Positions 63,300 to 64,000 of a DNA stretch of 64,000 nt are shown piece by piece; the first letter of the stretch is position 1; each line of letters starts with the position of its first letter. Below the pieces are notes generated by a model. That model was not told the DNA's origin. It was given only the letters and a program-made list of their open reading frames with translations, and ran no database searches. This stretch comes from Octopus sinensis. Taxonomy: Eukaryota. A program made the position numbers and the translations under genes. The stretch lies in NCBI RefSeq assembly GCF_006345805.1, contig NC_043001.1, positions 76,446,001-76,510,000 on the forward strand, given 5' to 3'.

Positions 63300-64000
63300 T
63301 CATAAAGCAGCAAAGTGAAAATATTCGCTGATGTCTCTAAGCGCCAGAAAATTATCAATGAAGAAGACCAAACTGAACTCCAGTCTGATCTACATGCTGT
63401 GGGTCAATGGATACACAAAAACAAAATGCAATTACACGAGGGAAAATTTGAGCTGATGCATTTTAGAAGAAAGATTATGCTAAACCAGCCATACTCTTTT
63501 CCTTCAAGGGAACCGCTCACAACATCTAATAATATCAGAGGCCTAAGACTAATTGTTGACAACAATCTCAGCTGAAGTGCCCGCATAAACAATAAGGTCG
63601 ATATAACTCGCAGGATGAGCTCCTGAATCCTAAGAACATTCCGGTCCAGCGAAAAAAGTGTCATCATTCCTCTTTGCTTCTCCTTTGTACGGCCACACCT
63701 CGAATACTGCTGCCTCCCTGTGGTCTCCCCATACAAAACAAAACATTTTGAAAAACTGAATCACCCCAGAGGTCGCTCACTAAAAGAACAAGGGCATGAC
63801 TGATCTCGAATATTTAGACCACCTTAAAGCATTTAAACCCAATTCCCTCAGGCGCCGCCGTGAGCGATACATCATTTGCACAATGTGGAGATTATACCAC
63901 CAGCATTGCCCAAACGACCTCAACATTAGCTTCAAAATTCATCCCAGGCTAGGACCAGGGACCATACGTCCCCTACTCAATTAAGGATCACAACACATAA
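63300..64000 (+). mobile_element. CR1-clade LINE RT remnant, runs off the window end
   Basis: KIFADVSK...ELQSDL..V.QW...NKMQL..GKFELMHF...VRPHLEYCC..WSP...LRRRRERY. Confidence 0.85.

Overview
AT-rich, microsatellite-dense eukaryotic genomic DNA. The SINE and RTE repeat families look like those of Octopus (inferred from pattern recognition, not a database search). The only recognisable host gene is F-actin capping protein subunit alpha (CAPZA/cpa) on the + strand. Nine coding exons at 23210-47088 splice in frame through GT-AG introns into 275 aa plus stop. The short first coding exon (about 13 codons) could not be found and may lie upstream of the window. Everything else is transposon-derived or low-complexity: several RTE LINE copies (one with a long open RT frame), CR1-like and L1/Tx1-like remnants, mariner, MULE, Chapaev-like and Helitron fragments, piggyBac-type TTAA MITEs, tRNA-derived SINEs and a 5S-rRNA-derived SINE. 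Almost all ORFs in the supplied track are spurious. The best second-look signals are: (1) minimal type I hammerhead ribozyme motifs of the Penelope type, one almost intact on the sense strand of CAPZA intron 8 and one with an intact core at 55.5 kb, plus decayed relatives; (2) a 207-bp templated intron-to-intron duplication with microhomology junctions; (3) a 5S-headed SINE sharing its tail with tRNA SINEs; (4) long foldback hairpins; (5) a CpG-decay boundary outlining the gene body. There is no CRISPR array or prokaryotic system, and nothing here is demonstrated to be a new system without experiments.
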